Positions 22,039 to 36,180 of a stretch of DNA of 64,000 nucleotides are shown here, in pieces. The stretch is from Vicugna vicugna (lineage: Eukaryota), in contig MU058636.1 in the NCBI GenBank assembly GCA_013265495.1, forward strand, positions 2,046,001-2,110,000, read 5' to 3'. The notes beneath the pieces were generated by a model that saw only the letters and a program-made list of their open reading frames with translations, did not search any database and had not been told where the DNA came from. A program made the translations under genes and the position numbers. The stretch's first letter is position 1. Every line of letters begins with the position of its first letter.

Positions 22039-22580
22039 GTCCTACAAAAAGGTTAGTACAGTGGTTTCCCTATCGTGTTTGTGTTCTAGAAACTGAAGTT
22101 CTGGGCCGGTATGTCGCCAGCAAGGGCGGAGGTGAGGACACCTGCTTCCGGGTGCGAGCTGTTACACCAGCTTGGCTAAGAAGGACACGCGGGGGCGGGA
22201 GGCGCTCTTGTCCTCTCGTGCGGGGTTCTGTCGGCAGCCGGGGTGCGAGTGAGAAAACCCCGGGCACCAGCGCGTTGTGAGACTGGCTCTGGGCGCCGGC
22301 GTCTGGTTCGGGTCCTGTATTTCAGTCTCAGAGTGGAGGATGCAATGAATGTTTTTCCTTTCTTGGCCAAGATCTAGAGGTGTCCCCAAACATAAACAAG
22401 GAGCGCCTCCCCTCACCCCGCGTCGAGTCCTCTAATCTGCTGCTCTCCGCGGGGCTCGGCTCTGGCACCCCGGCTGTGCGCGGGAGCCGAGGTGTCTGCC
22501 TGGAGTCGGTGCGGTCCCGCGAATTCTCTCGTAGCGGATGGGTTGTGCTGCGGCCGTCACTCGGACGCGTCTGTTACCGC
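21680..22580. promoter_or_regulatory. Intragenic CpG island in the last FLT1 intron (intron 29)
   Basis: Visibly very high GC and CpG density over ~900 bp, including (CG)7 at 21784-21797. Obs/exp CpG was not computed. Confidence 0.75.
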
Positions 22581-22594
22581 CCTTTGATTTACAT

Positions 22595-23544
22595 CAGGGT
22601 CCGCCAACTACAGCCTGTGGACTGGCCACCTGTTTGGCGGTGGTGTTTTTTTTCTTTTTCTAAACAACAGCTTGACATAATTTACATACAATTTTATCTA
22701 TTTCAAGCGTACAGGTCAGTGTTCTTTTGTATATTCATAGCTGGCGCCACCATAACAAGTTTTAGAGCAGTTTCGTCATCCTCCAAAACCCGCACCCATT
22801 CGTGTACCAGTCACTCCTCTTCCCCACTCCTCCACCCCCAGCCCCTGACAACCACGGATGGGTTTTCTGTCTCTGGATTTGCCTCTTCCAGGCATTTCAT
22901 AAGTGGAACCGTACCATACATGGTGTTTTATGACTAGACTTGTCTACCTAAAGTATTCAAGGTTCACCGATGCGGTAGCGTGCGTCAGTGTTTCATACTT
23001 TTTATTGTATGGATATACTACTGTTTATTTATCCATTCATTAATTGGTGGACATTCGAGTTGTTTCTACTTTTGGTTTTTATGAGTAATGCTGTTATGAA
23101 CATCTATGTGCAAGTTTTTGTGTGGCCATGAGTTTTCATTGCTGTGGGCGTCTCCTTAAGAAGCTGGAAGGCTGGGGCCGATTACTCTGTTTAACCTTTG
23201 GAGGACTGCTAGGCCGTCTTCTAAAGTGGTGCGTCACTTCATGTTCCCACCAGCAGGCGTCCTGAGCCCGAGCTTCTCCACTTCGGCCTGTGCTGATTCT
23301 TAAGTTCTAGCAGGTGTGAAGCGGTAGCTCATGTGGTTTCCATTTGCATCTCCCTGGTGACTAATGATAAGTGTATTTTCCTGTGCTCCTGGGCCATGGC
23401 CACCGGTTTCTGTGCGCAGAACTGACTTGGACATAGCTGCACCTCCTCGCTTGGGTACTGTTGACGGCTGCTTTTACTCTCCAGTGGCAGGGCTGAGTGG
23501 TTGTTTGCTATCTGGCCCTTTAAGACTAGGTCGGCAGACCCCTG
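22595..23544. mobile_element. MER58-like MITE split by an antisense L1MB-like fragment (~22650-23390)
   Basis: Left TIR cagggtccgccaac at 22595 and right TIR ...cagacccctg ending 23544; flanks ATTTACAT/ATGTAGAT; L1 3'UTR phrases in between. Confidence 0.65.
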
Positions 23545-24200
23545 ATGTAGATAAAAGAGGAGCCGGCTCTGCCTGTGGGTGAGACAGGGGCTGGCATTTG
23601 GACCAGGAGAGGAGGGCATGGCTGACAGGCCTGGCCTCACCCTGTCCAGCCCTGTCCCTGGGCAGAGACGAGCAGAGAGGAGCAGGGCCGTGGGGAATTC
23701 GGACAGCAGTGTCAGGGGTCAGGTGTGGAGGAAGGAGGGCCAGGACCGCAAGGGAATGAGCCTTCACCTGGAAAGGTCGGGCTCTGTGGATGGCCTGTCT
23801 CGGGACTGGCTCCACCGTGGCCCCGGGCACGGTACCAGGTGCAGATTCTCCCTGCCCCTAGAAGCACGCTTCTGTCCGAATCATGCGCTGTTCACAGTTG
23901 AGTGGGTCTGGCTCCTTTCAACTAAGGGGCTATGCGTGGGCTGCCTGTCTGCTGGAATTTTCTGTTTTTCTCTGAAATCGCAGTCTTTCCAGAGCGTTGC
24001 ACTCATGTACCTGATTTTTCTGCCTTCTTTCCTGTCCTTCGGGGGGAAGAGTGCTTTCTGCAGTGCCTGGACACTAGTTCAGGGGAGCAAGTAGGCCTCA
24101 AATATCACAATTAACCAGCCCACCCCCCAGCATCTTCCTTCTCACCCCAGCCCCGCCCGCTCTGGGAAGTGACCCTAGAAGAGGCACCCAGTACCCTTAC

Positions 24201-24295
24201 TTGATCTTCAGCGCAGCCTTGGGTTTGCTCTCAGCCCAGGTGAAGCGCTTCAGCAAGGGGGATGCCAGCAGACTGCCACTGTCCAACTGGTAGTC
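24201..24295 (-). CDS. FLT1: FLT1 exon 29: DYQLDSGSLLASPLLKRFTWAESKPKAALKI(N)
   Basis: ccag acceptor and gtaagg donor; 95 nt, phase-compatible; carries the Y1242-equivalent. Confidence 0.95.
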
Positions 24296-25950
24296 CTGGC
24301 GGGGAAGAAGGACAAGGTTACACCAACTGCTTGACCCGGAGGGGTCCTTGCCAAGTGGAGGGGCGTGATGCTGGGATGCACATGTGCAGTCACTCCAGGC
24401 TCTGCCCTCACCTCTCGCAATCCCTGCCTGTGAAGACAAAGCATTCTCTCCGTATTGGCTAGTCTAAACTGTCCACTGCAGGAATCCCTATTCCCAGTGA
24501 CCCTGAGGCCCTTCTTCCTGAAGGTGAACAAAGTAAATGTAAACAGAATGGAAAACTGCAGGCAACAGGTGAGCATTCTTCTTAGTAAACTTTCATGAAA
24601 ATTACTGCATAAGTATATTAAAGCTAATTTGGCAGATGACCATTGGCTATGATATGTGAAGGTTCTGAGACACGATTAAAGACATGGTTTAAGTTTCTTT
24701 CTTGAAGATTCTATAGAATTTTTAGGCCCTCCTCGGTCACAGTTTCCAGCAATTTTACTTCCTCACTGATTCACATTTAGCATCGAGTTTTACACAGACT
24801 CCTTCCTACCCGGTTAATCAGGCATTTCCAGTAAGCGGACCTCACGTGCTCTGCCACCCCTCCCGTCTCCAGCAGGGCTGTGTGCACGTCCTTGACTACC
24901 AGGAAAGGGGTCTCAGCGAAGGGGCTGCTCGAGTTCCCTCTGTGTCAAGGAGCCGAGGGTTAAGGTTCAAAGAAATCTTCCATGTTTTGCTCAGTATCGT
25001 TTCCTTGGACTGAAAACCCAAAACCAGTATCCTGAGCAGCAAAGCAGAATTTCCAGCTACCTTGCTTCTGTATTCTCCAGCTTATTAACAGTGTTTTTAA
25101 TGTTTAAGTCTTTTTATATCTGGTGTCTGAGAGGGCTGGGTGTTTCCAGTGGTGGCTGTGCTGGGCCTCAAGGCCACACCGCTCACAGTCATAACCTTCG
25201 CACCGCAGCTGGTCTCCCGGGCCCCTCTGGGTCACGGGCAGTCCCGGCGCCTCTCAGACTGTAACGTGTACGTAGCCCCTGGAGATCTTGTGACGGTGCA
25301 GAGCCAGCTTGGTACACAGGGGTGGCCCTGAGGTCAGCATTTCTAGCTCCCTCAGCAGCAGGGTGTCTGGAGGTCACACTCGGGCCCAGGCCTCCCTCTC
25401 CTCCCCGTGTGCCAGATCTTTAAGGGACAGGCGGGTCTAGCTTCCCATTTGCCGGGCCGTCTGGGCTGCTACTCCCTGTGTGGCTGGGTGGGAACATGGC
25501 TGTTCAGCCTCTGGAACCTCAGCGGGAGGGAGCAGAAGGCCCAGGCAGGCTTCTTGCAGGATCCTGAAGCTGCTCGTAGGAGAGGGCTCTCTGCTTTGTT
25601 GTGAAGGCCCGGCTACTCACACAGCTTTGGGTCCCTCTGTTACTCTGAAAGCAGGGTTCCGTCACTGAGAGCCCAGAAGCTGAGAACCCACCACGGAGGG
25701 ACTAGACTATGACCAGGCAAGGACTCAGGCCCTGGAGTGAATTCTGGGTCATCTTCAAACTAGAATTACTTTCTAATTAGTTCTGTATAGCTAAGTCTTG
25801 TTGTCAGTCCCCCGAAATTGTCATTTCAGCCACCGCTGATTACTGGCCCCCGTGGACCGAGAGCCACCAGACCACTGGGGTTTGTGTTTGGATGGGGTCT
25901 GGCCAAGGGTCCTGCCAGGCGGGCACTGGTGGGTTAATTCCATTACTTAC

Positions 25951-26035
25951 ATCAAGCATGGAGGTGGCATTTGGTGAAAGTTCTTCGAAGGTTTTGATTC
26001 TTTCCAGGCTGATTAAATTGAAAGCATTTACATAT
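25951..26035 (-). CDS. FLT1: FLT1 exon 28: YVNAFNLISLERIKTFEELSPNATSMLD
   Basis: tttag acceptor and gtaagt donor; 85 nt; Y1213-equivalent YVNA motif. Confidence 0.95.
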
Positions 26036-27912
26036 CTAAAGAAGCAGAAAGAGTAGTCAGGACAGGGAAGTGCCTCCGGCTTTGGTTAGTCGGGAGACCG
26101 TGGGCACCGCAGCCCTGCTACGAGGAGCCAGAACACCAGGAGGTCTCGCCTCGCTCCCTGGGAGGCTGTGAGTCTCTGGCTGTGTCCTCCTAGGAATCCT
26201 GAGGTGATGCTACTTCCTCCCATGGCTGCTAATCCACATGGCATGGTTTTGAGCAAAACCCCAGGGGAACCCTTCAGAGATTCAGTAGCGGTCGGGCCTC
26301 TGGTCCCTCGAAGAATCAGGTGTCAGGCCAAGAAAACACCTGAGTCGTCATCTGGTCTAAACACCCACATCCCAAAGGGGAGAAGTGATGCCCAGAGCGG
26401 GGACACGGCTTCATCAGAGCAGCTGTTACCGTGAAAGGCCAGGACCCATCAGGCCACACAGCCAGTTCGGTGGCATAATTGGGGACTGGGGCCAGGCCTG
26501 CACACCCTGTTCTCTGATTACAGACTGGGGGACGGGGCGGTGTTTACATGATTTCCCTGTAACTGCCCACTGAGCTTTTGTGGACCATGTACTAGGAGGG
26601 ACCAGCAGGGACATCACTGTATGCTCACTCGGCTGATGCCCCGTCGCTGTAGACGAGGTCCCGCTTCCCAGGCAGGCACCCTGTTAGGCTAAGTGGCAGG
26701 CCGGACGGGCCCACGTAGCTCTGACGCCTCCTCCCGAGGTCTGACCCAGTCCGACTTTGCTAATGGACTTAATGCAAGCTAGTTTTCTCATCTTCAAAAG
26801 ATGGACTCATCTCTTTCAGCCTCTTGGGCTGGTTGTGAAGTATAAACAGGGCCGCTCACCTGTAAGCCATTCACAAATGTCGGCTGGCCCAGGGCTTGCT
26901 CCAGGCCTGTGACAGGCTCAGTCCTCTCAGTAATTGCGGCTCTTCCCTCGCCTTGCCTGGTCACCTGGCAAGGTTGGCCGGACTGAGGTCAGAGCCCTGG
27001 GACTGTACCTACTGCATATAAAGATGCTAGAAGGCTCACAGGATAGTCTAAAAGTCCTAGAGAGAGTCCTGACTGCAGGGGACAGGGAGGGCATGTCAGA
27101 TGCCTGGGTTAGGAATCCTATTTCTGCCGCTTTCTAGCCACACAATTTTGGCGAGCTGTGGAGCTTTGATGTTGCTGTTTGTATGACAGGAAGGATATCT
27201 GGATGTCCGCATAGCACTGTTCTGAGCATGAAGGTGGAGTCTGCAGAGAACCTAGCACAGCGCCAGGCCACACCCAGCACGTGTCTGCAGCCGCTGGCCC
27301 TGGGAGTGGGGGACACACGGTAACCGCTGGCACGGGAGTGTGGATCCCCTGCGCTGCGGATGTGCTCAGTGCATCTTTGTCCCTTTCCCCGCCCCCAGTA
27401 TCTCACCCCTTCCTCAGTCTCCTCTTCAGGAATGAGAGAGACGTTAGTTTGTCAGGTAAGAGGGAAAAATCCAGTTTGTTTCCTTTTATGGAAGGTATGA
27501 AAAAAGTCAAGGTCATTGGGGGAAGAAAGGTGGAGCAGTTCATCTAGAATAAGACAGACTAGAGAAACCAGAGGGAATGTAGTGTGTTATTCTCGATTGG
27601 AGGGTGCTTTTTAAAAAGTATAAAAGACATTTGGGGAAAATAATGGAAATTTGAAAATTTAATATGAAGGAATCATCCGTTTCTGTGGTGTCTGGGAAGG
27701 GAGAGCAGCCTTCCCAGAGGTGGACCAGTGTTCAGAGGGAAGTGTCACAGGGCCCGCTGTCCTCTTTCTAATGGTTCAGCAAAAAGGAAAACACGCGTGT
27801 TCGGAGGGGAGAGATAGGACAGGCAGGATGCTCTGGTTGGGCTTAGGAGGTGGGCTTTTTTAATACGTTTAAAATTTTATTAAATGAATTTGGAGAAAGA
27901 AAGAAATCTTAC

Positions 27913-28055
27913 CTTACATTATCAGAACTTCCTGAATTAAACTTTGGAGCAGAAATATCTTCCTTGAAGAAGTCCTCAGAGAAGGCAGGAGCTGAGTACG
28001 TGAACCCGCTGGTTCCTGTCAGTATGGCGTTGAGTGGGATGTAGTCCTTCCCGTC
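27913..28055 (-). CDS. FLT1: FLT1 exon 27: DGKDYIPLNAILTGTSGFTYSAPAFSEDFFKEDISAPKFNSGSSDNV(R)
   Basis: tgcag acceptor and gtaaga donor; 143 nt; Y1169-equivalent DYIPL. Confidence 0.96.
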
Positions 28056-28328
28056 CTGCAAGACCAAGGGCGGAGCTCTGGGTGCCCACGTTCCCACTTC
28101 ATCCCGCTTCTGCGGACCACCGCGTCAGCTTCTACTGTGTGCCTGCCACAGTCCTGGTTGTGTTCGGGGAAGCCAGTTCTGCTCGTACGTGTATACACAC
28201 ACACACACACAATTTTTCTTTTACTGCTGATCTCAGCTTTTAACAGCCATTAAAATAACACCAGACAAATAAGACCCCCTGCCTTACATTCAAGGCGTCT
28301 GGCGTCCTGATAGTCTGGGTAAGCTCAC

Positions 28329-28434
28329 CTGCTGTACGTTGGCTTGGAGCAGGTCGCCTAGTTTCTCCACAAGCTCTGCGAATCGCGGCCTGTCTGCGGG
28401 GTCTCTGTGCCAGCAGTCCAGCATGGTCTGATAG
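28329..28434 (-). CDS. FLT1: FLT1 exon 26: [35 protein letters not shown]
   Basis: gcag acceptor and gtgagc donor; tyrosine-kinase subdomain XI (CW...RPxF). Confidence 0.96.
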
Positions 28435-31214
28435 CTGCCGGGAGAAAGTAGAGCAGAAGTCGCTGGAGAGCAGGCGACTCCCGGGGTCTCCCTGCGCACC
28501 AGCAAAGGGGCTGGGGGCACGCGAGTGAAGACCACACGCGTGTGGTGTTTGCTTCATTTTTAGATCTGGGGACGCAGCTGCGACACACACAGGCTGCCTG
28601 GGTCAGGTCCTGCCGGTAGTGGAAAATAGGTCTGCACTGGCAAACCAGTAAAGCAGCCCCCGGAGCCCCTGACGGCCCGGCTTTTGGGAGGCCTGTGCTC
28701 CGAGTGGAGCAGAAACAGCCCCGGCCACTGGGCTGTGGAGTGTGGTGCCCTCCCGCCTTGTCAAGAGCAGGACAGTGTCCTGGGGGGGGGGCGGTGACGC
28801 AGACCCAGCTCTCCGTGGGTGCGGAGGCCATAGGGCTGCCGACAGGGCTGTGATGGGAGTCGGCTTGGGCTTGTTAGTGAGCACGAGCACGTCCACGTCC
28901 ATTACCAAGCTCGGCTGTGGCGATTCGGGGGGAGGCTCTGTGTCCACCTCCCACGTCACTTCCTTTTAAAAGGTGGCCATCCACACAGCCTGAGGCGCTC
29001 CTTGGCCGAGTGCGAGCTTTCTGCACGTGGCTGCGTAGCCCCACCTCACATTTCACAGCTGCCCTCGTAAACACTGGCCTCTCCCCACTCAAGACAAAAG
29101 GTGCAGGCTGAGCCTCTGGGTTTGAAACTGTTTATCTTAATATTACAGAAGCCAGCTCTTGTCCTGGGACTTAAATGTCTGCAGGTTCCCCCGTGATTCT
29201 CCTGACTGTTTAGACGGAAAGGCGTCGGTCTCCTCTCTTGGTCACGTTTGCGGGGAGGACAGGTCTCTGTCTGCCCCTTTGCAAAACACCTGCGGTGGGT
29301 GGGCTGGGGCGCACACACGCTGCCTTAAGGGTTAATCCTCTTTGGGCTCTTTGTCCTCAAGAGATGTTTATCGTAAGTAGTCTTTTCTCTCAGAAGACCA
29401 CCTGGACTGTGGAGGACTCTGGTGGGGTCAGATCAAAACTGGAGTGTGTGTCCAAAGGTTCTGATTTAACCCAAGGACAAAATTCTAGGTGCCTGGGGGA
29501 ATGGTGGTACCACGGGCACCCGTCAGCGCAAGCAAGCTCCTATGGCTGGGGGGTGGAGCTGAGGTGCTGCTTTCTGAAAAGTACCCAGTGGGCAGATGCC
29601 CTAAGCCTTTGATGAAGGGACAAGAGCTCATAAAGATCACACGTCTGAATCACTAGTTCTCCCACCTAGGTCCAGACCTCCAGTCAGGACCCCGCAGAAG
29701 CTGATTCTGGTCCCTCCCACCCTGTATTCCATCTTCTGTACCCCTTTTACCCAACTCCCGGGGGTCGACCAGCTCTGAGCTGCGAGGGCCCTTGGCTGAG
29801 TGTGACCAGGGGCCAGGGTCAGGCACCACTGCACTAGGCACAGTTACAGGCACCTAGGAGGCTGCAAGTGAAGAAGGGGGCTCTTAACCCTGGGCTGTTA
29901 TCCCTGCTCTCTGGGGACACAGGACACGGGCTGCAGTGCCCAAGACCCCTTACCTCTCCCTGCGCAGCAGTGCTGCACAGTCAGGGCTCCAGGCACGGGC
30001 TCCATTCAGACAACCTGGGCCAGCCTGCTGGTGGCCAGAGGTCTGAGGCACACAGGACGGAGCCTGCGCGGGCCTGCGCGGCCCTCCTGGGAAGGCTTGT
30101 TTACCCCCGTGCTAGTTTATTGCGACAGGTACACAGATGCATACTGCAGAAACAGGTGGTCACCAGACGCAAGGCTGAGACCCGCACCGCAGGTGCATGG
30201 GCTGTGGTGGAGGCTGGCCTGCGTCAGCCCTATGTCTAAGGCTCCCTTGTCTCTTGAAATAAACACTCTCAGAGGCATGGAAGAACAATATACACAGATA
30301 TTCTCTCAAAGGTCGCCAGAGCGAGAAGGGCTTGAACCAGGCAAAAAAGAGAGGCCTAGAGTGAAGAGTGTTCGGGCCGGCCGAGGCCGCAGGCTTATCT
30401 CGGCCAGCACCACTTGGCCGCCGAGAAGCAGCTGTCGGGAGCACAGGGACCGTGCGTAGGTCCCTTTCTGCTGAAACCAGCCAGAGGGACCACCTACGAC
30501 TACTGCTGGTTTTTATTTTGATTCTTGGTTTCAGATTTCTGGTTTCCATCCCTCTGCCTAAAATTCAATGCAGATCATCTCAGCAAACACCAAAGGAGGA
30601 GAAAAAATATCAAGACATTCATTACTTATCATCTTATTGAAAGACACCTGATTAAACAGGCTCTGGGCGAGGGACCCGTGACTCAACGTTGAACAGGCTT
30701 ACATCACTGAGTAAACAGGTTTAGTAAGGAAAGGGGACACCAGTTGCCCCAAGCCTCACACCGCTTCTTGAGATAAGTGGGGGATGTGGGAAGAGCTTCC
30801 TTTCCAAGCTGTCACCCAGGCTCCCAAGTGCTTGCCAACTTAGGCCAAGTTCAGGTCACAGAACCCGATTCGGAGTGCCGCTCTCGTCCTCGCCCAGGCC
30901 CTCCCACTGTGGGAGCGAACAGGAAGGAAATTACTCCATGGGCTTCCAAAGGCTCGAGGATGGCTGGAGGTCAGAGTCCTGGACTTCTTAGCAAACACTG
31001 CACAGAGCCCCTGCTTTCTTGTTATAACTTCTAGAATGAACGCCCCAGATCGAGGAGCCACCCTTCTCTCTGCAGGCTGGGGTTCAAGTGCTGCCTTACA
31101 CAGCCGTGAAGGTGTGATCAGGTCCAGGGGAGGTTTGGGGCCAATGTGACTTTGTACTTTTAGAGTTATTTTGGACCAGAACCAGGATAAGAATTGGAAA
31201 CACAGCCTGAAGGT

Positions 31215-31430
31215 TTGTAGCATGGTGTTGTGGACTCTGGACCCAGGCTCGGTTTGCTTAACTTATTAGCAAAGTGGCACATCACTTAGGTTTCCTCATC
31301 TGTGAATGGAGATGACAGTACCCACTTTATAAGGTTGTTTATGAGAACTGGGTAAATTAATACGTAACGTGTTTAAAACAGTGCGACACTTAATAAGCAC
31401 TAAGTAACTGATAAATGTTGAATGTTATTA
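31215..31430 (+). mobile_element. MIR SINE
   Basis: tttcctcatctgtgaatggagatgacagtaccc...gttgtt...aacagtgc...taagcactaagta. Confidence 0.7.
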
Positions 31431-32956
31431 TTAATGACTGCAATGATTATTATCACTGTTAGTCATTGAGAACTTGCCCTTGTGATTTTCAGATCATATG
31501 AAAAGTGGATGGAGATACTTAATTCAAAGCATGAGTGGCCATATTAGAGAAACATTTCTTCTAAGGAATGTGGGTAGATTCCTCATTTATCAGCCCTGTG
31601 ATCTAGGGAGCTCAGTCCTGAGGACGGCCTTCTAAACCAGAGTCCTCTCCACTTAGCTGACAAGTCACGGTCCTTCTCAGGGGCTTAGTTTCATTGCTCA
31701 TCAAATTCATATGAGAAGCCTGCCTGCCCTATGAAGCAGGCTGGGGTCTTCACATGAGGCCCATGTGAAATACTTAGCTGTAAAGTGCGAAGTGCCCTCA
31801 TTTTAAACCAGACCTCCTGGCGTTTGCCCCTCTCCAGCAAGTAAAGAAGCGAGCAGTGGGGAGCTCTCTCTGCGGCCCAGAGGTGGCCCTGGGCCCTGCC
31901 TCCAGTGCCTTCCTGGCCAGGACACCACCTACGACTGACAGGAACAGGCCCCTCCTCTCTCCTCTGCCCTCAGGCTGCTCCCTAGCCCTGCCTTTGCGGC
32001 CCGAGTCCCCTGTCCTCATCGTGGGTCTGACATAGCTTGTCTCTGGACAGTGGAGGAGAGACGGAGGCCTTGCACTGTGGCCAAGCCCTCACTTCCTTCA
32101 TTGCCTGTGACTCCTCCCAAAGGCCATCGCAGGGCTCCTGCCAGGCCCCCACTGTGCGAGTGGTGGGGGGGCCCCTGCCAGTTCAGGAAATGTGGTGCCA
32201 CCTCAGACAGGCCCAAGTCCTTGTCAGCAGCTCCACAAAACTGCCAGCGTCATCACATTCCCGCCCAGGGCCCCAAGTGCAAAACATCCACAAAGCTTTA
32301 GGAAGAAAGTGTCCGAGAGAAGGAGCAAGCATCTGCGCAGGGTCGGAGGGGGCCGGCTGGCATCGCACAGGGCCTGTGGTCCTCCTGGAGTCGCAGGCCT
32401 GCGCGGCAGGGGACCACCGTGAGCAGCGGCTCCAGATGGTGCCAAGCAGAGTCCTAAAGTGAGTTTACACGTGTCCTGACATGAGTCTAAACAATCTCAT
32501 TCCCCACGTGGGCTTCTGTGGAGCAGGATTACTCCTGTCAGGAGATCCCCTCACCCCCCACTCCAGACCAGCCCCCTCGGGTCTCCGGTGTGGGTGGAGG
32601 GTGGGCAGTGTGGCCCTCCATCCCAGGCTCTGAGCTCGCTGGCTCCCACCTGGTGAGTGAGGACCAGGTCTGGCCTTCAGTTCCTGGGTGGTCTGTTCAG
32701 TTGTGCCTGGATTCACACTAGAAGCTGCGTTTCTAACGTCAGTTCCCAGCTAGAGGCCTTGGCGAGTCATGTCAGGGGTCAAGAGAAGACACAGGTAGGG
32801 AAAGGTCAAGGATGTGCTGCCCACTTTTGGAAAATACTCCTAGCACAGCTGGGCCACACAGGGCTACTCAGGGGCATCCCTGAAGACACCCCCCAGGGTG
32901 AACAGAACGCCCCTCTCCTGAGGGGCCGGGCGGGCAGTGGTGGAGGCAGGGCTCAC

Positions 32957-33056
32957 ATTTCAGGAGTGGCGTATTCCGGGGCTCTCATCCGCATGCCTTC
33001 CTTCAGGCGGCTGCAGAAGTCCTCATCCATCTGCACGCCCGGGTACGGGGACCCAC
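32957..33056 (-). CDS. FLT1: FLT1 exon 25: [32 protein letters not shown](I)
   Basis: acag acceptor and gtgagc donor; 100 nt; translated by hand. Confidence 0.96.
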
Positions 33057-34090
33057 CTGTACAGGGCAACGTGGGGAAACACAGGGCACGTTAAGGCTGC
33101 AGGGCACGAGAGGCCATGAGGGGCCAATACCGTGTGTATTTCCTCCCCTCAAAGTGATGGTTTAGTAATAAATTCCCAGTGATGGGACTGGATCTCAGAG
33201 CATGGGACGGGCCACAGGGAAACCCAGTGCATCCTCGCTAGTGGCACACGCTGGATTGCTTGGTGCTGGGTGCCTGATGCAAACATTCCCGTGGCCACTC
33301 CTGTCTGGTCTGGAGAAAGGGTGTCATCTGAAGGGTTTGGTCCCTCCCCTGTCCCTGTGAGGAACTCTAAAAGGATTCCATCATTTAGAGACTCATTCCT
33401 TGGGTTAATAAGCTTCTTTTGAAAAAGTCAATGGACTCTGAGGTTACTTGTGGCTCATTTGCACCTCACTGAGAATGATTTTAACTCACTTTCTTGTAAA
33501 CGGCACACGGCTGGGGACTGGTTGCTGTGATATGCCCAAGGGAAGGGGGCCTGGAGCCGCAGGATGAGGCTGGCGGTGGGGTGAGCAAGGCCTCCCAGTC
33601 TGCTCCGTTCCAGACCTCGAACCTTGGCTATCTGAACACTTGTTTGTCTGCACTTTCTAGTGATTACTGCTGGAAGGAAGCAGCTGGGAGGCGTGCAGTG
33701 CTGGCACTGTGTCACTGTGGGGCCACTGGGGCCGCCAAGCTGCTTTCAAAGACTGGAAGCCACAGGTGCCTGTCATCGAAAGCAGGGGAATGGTTTTCAC
33801 ACATTACAGGAAACCAGGGATGTTACTGGGTGACTTTTATTTGCTCGGAAAGGCAAATTTTTGGCCAAGTCCAAAAGACTCTTGGCTAGACCCCGTGTTT
33901 GGGAGGCCTCAGAGCATCAGTGTGTGTCTGCAAGCAGATGTGGGCCCTGTGCGCCCGTGTGTGCGTGGGGCCCTAAACAAGGCTTCCAGCCACCCAGAGT
34001 GGGTGTTGTTGGAAGCAGAGTAAACACAGCCAGTGTTCCTGTTGTTCATCCTGCAAAAGCCAATGTCCAGGGCTGGCTGGGCTAACATCA

Positions 34091-34573
<483 letters not shown>

Positions 34574-35281
34574 CTAGAAAAGGGCAAGGGGGTCTTGAGC
34601 AGAAGGACATGCAGACAGAGCACATTCAGCCCAAGCACCCATGCGGCCGCCGCCCAGACGGCGTTCGGCCCATAAGCCATTTCCCAGAGCAGCTGTGGCT
34701 TCCTGACATGCAGAAAACTCGTCACACGCAGTGTGACACTGCAGCGAGAGGGCCGTATGCGGCACCAACTTCGGTGACGGCAAGGAGTGTTTCGTCAGCT
34801 GTCAGTACGTCCTCACTCAGCAGTTGTAAGACATCCTTCTCCCCTAAAAAGCCTGCGCTCCGCAGGGAGACCGAGTGAAGAGCGATCTGAATTAGTAGCT
34901 GTCCTGAAAATCGATGGTTTCCAGGAATTGTTCTCAAAAAGGTGGGCTCTGAGAGGCATTCCACTGTAAAAAGACGGCTTCTAAAAGCCATTGAATGGGG
35001 GCAGGGAGTAGGCAAAGGTGCTGGAAAGAGGAAGGTGACATAATATTTGGGACACCATACAGCTGGTCTTCAAGCAGGAATCCCAGGCGTTAGGCCTTGC
35101 TGCTTCAGACGGATGGGAACTGACAGGAAGTATGCGGTGATGCAGAGACAGAGGCTGAAAGAGACGCAGGTGGACAGAAAGGGAGGACAGACCGACACCC
35201 AGGTGGTGCCACCTTTGCAAATTCGGGCTGCAGGGTGAGCTCGTGCGTGTCATCTCCCTTTTGTGAAAAGAGGCTGTGGAG

Positions 35282-35438
35282 CAGCGGTTCTCAAAGCAGG
35301 GTCCTGGGGCCAGCTGGGGCTGCGGCCCCTGGAAAGCTGCTAGAAAGGCACATTCTCAGGTCCCACCCCTGACGGACTGACCCCGTTTAATTAGCTCTCC
35401 AGGTGATCTGTGTGCTTGCTCGAGTTTGAGAACCATGA
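35282..35438. mobile_element. MER5A-like hAT-Charlie element
   Basis: Terminal inverted repeats cagcggttctcaaa ... tttgagaaccatg; internal attctcaggtcccaccc and ctccaggtgat. Confidence 0.75.
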
Positions 35439-35766
35439 CTGTAAAGAGGTCGTCAGAGCCCAGAGACAGACTCAGGCCTTCAGGGTAAAGGCCAGAGAAA
35501 AGAGGGGACACAGAGGTCACCCACAAAACTGAAAATAACACTCTGTCCAGAAGCAGGCGGGGAGGAGAGGCCGGGGGAGCCAGCAGAGACGCTGAGCAGG
35601 GCAGGCAGACGGGGAGGGACGCCGCTTCCTTCCTTGCGAGATCACATTGATGCCCTCCCCACCCTTTCCTGAGAGGCACACCTGCTGAATCCATCACCCA
35701 GGTTTATTTGAGGGGACGAGTCCAGGCTGTTCTTTCCAGCAGCACAGGAAACTCCCACAGAGGTCA

Positions 35767-36180
<414 letters not shown>

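Noticed and set aside
20255..24114. Many overlapping 100-185 aa ORFs around the CpG-rich region
   Set aside because: Explained by stop-codon scarcity in GC-rich and repeat-derived DNA; low-complexity Arg/Pro/Gly/Ala composition.
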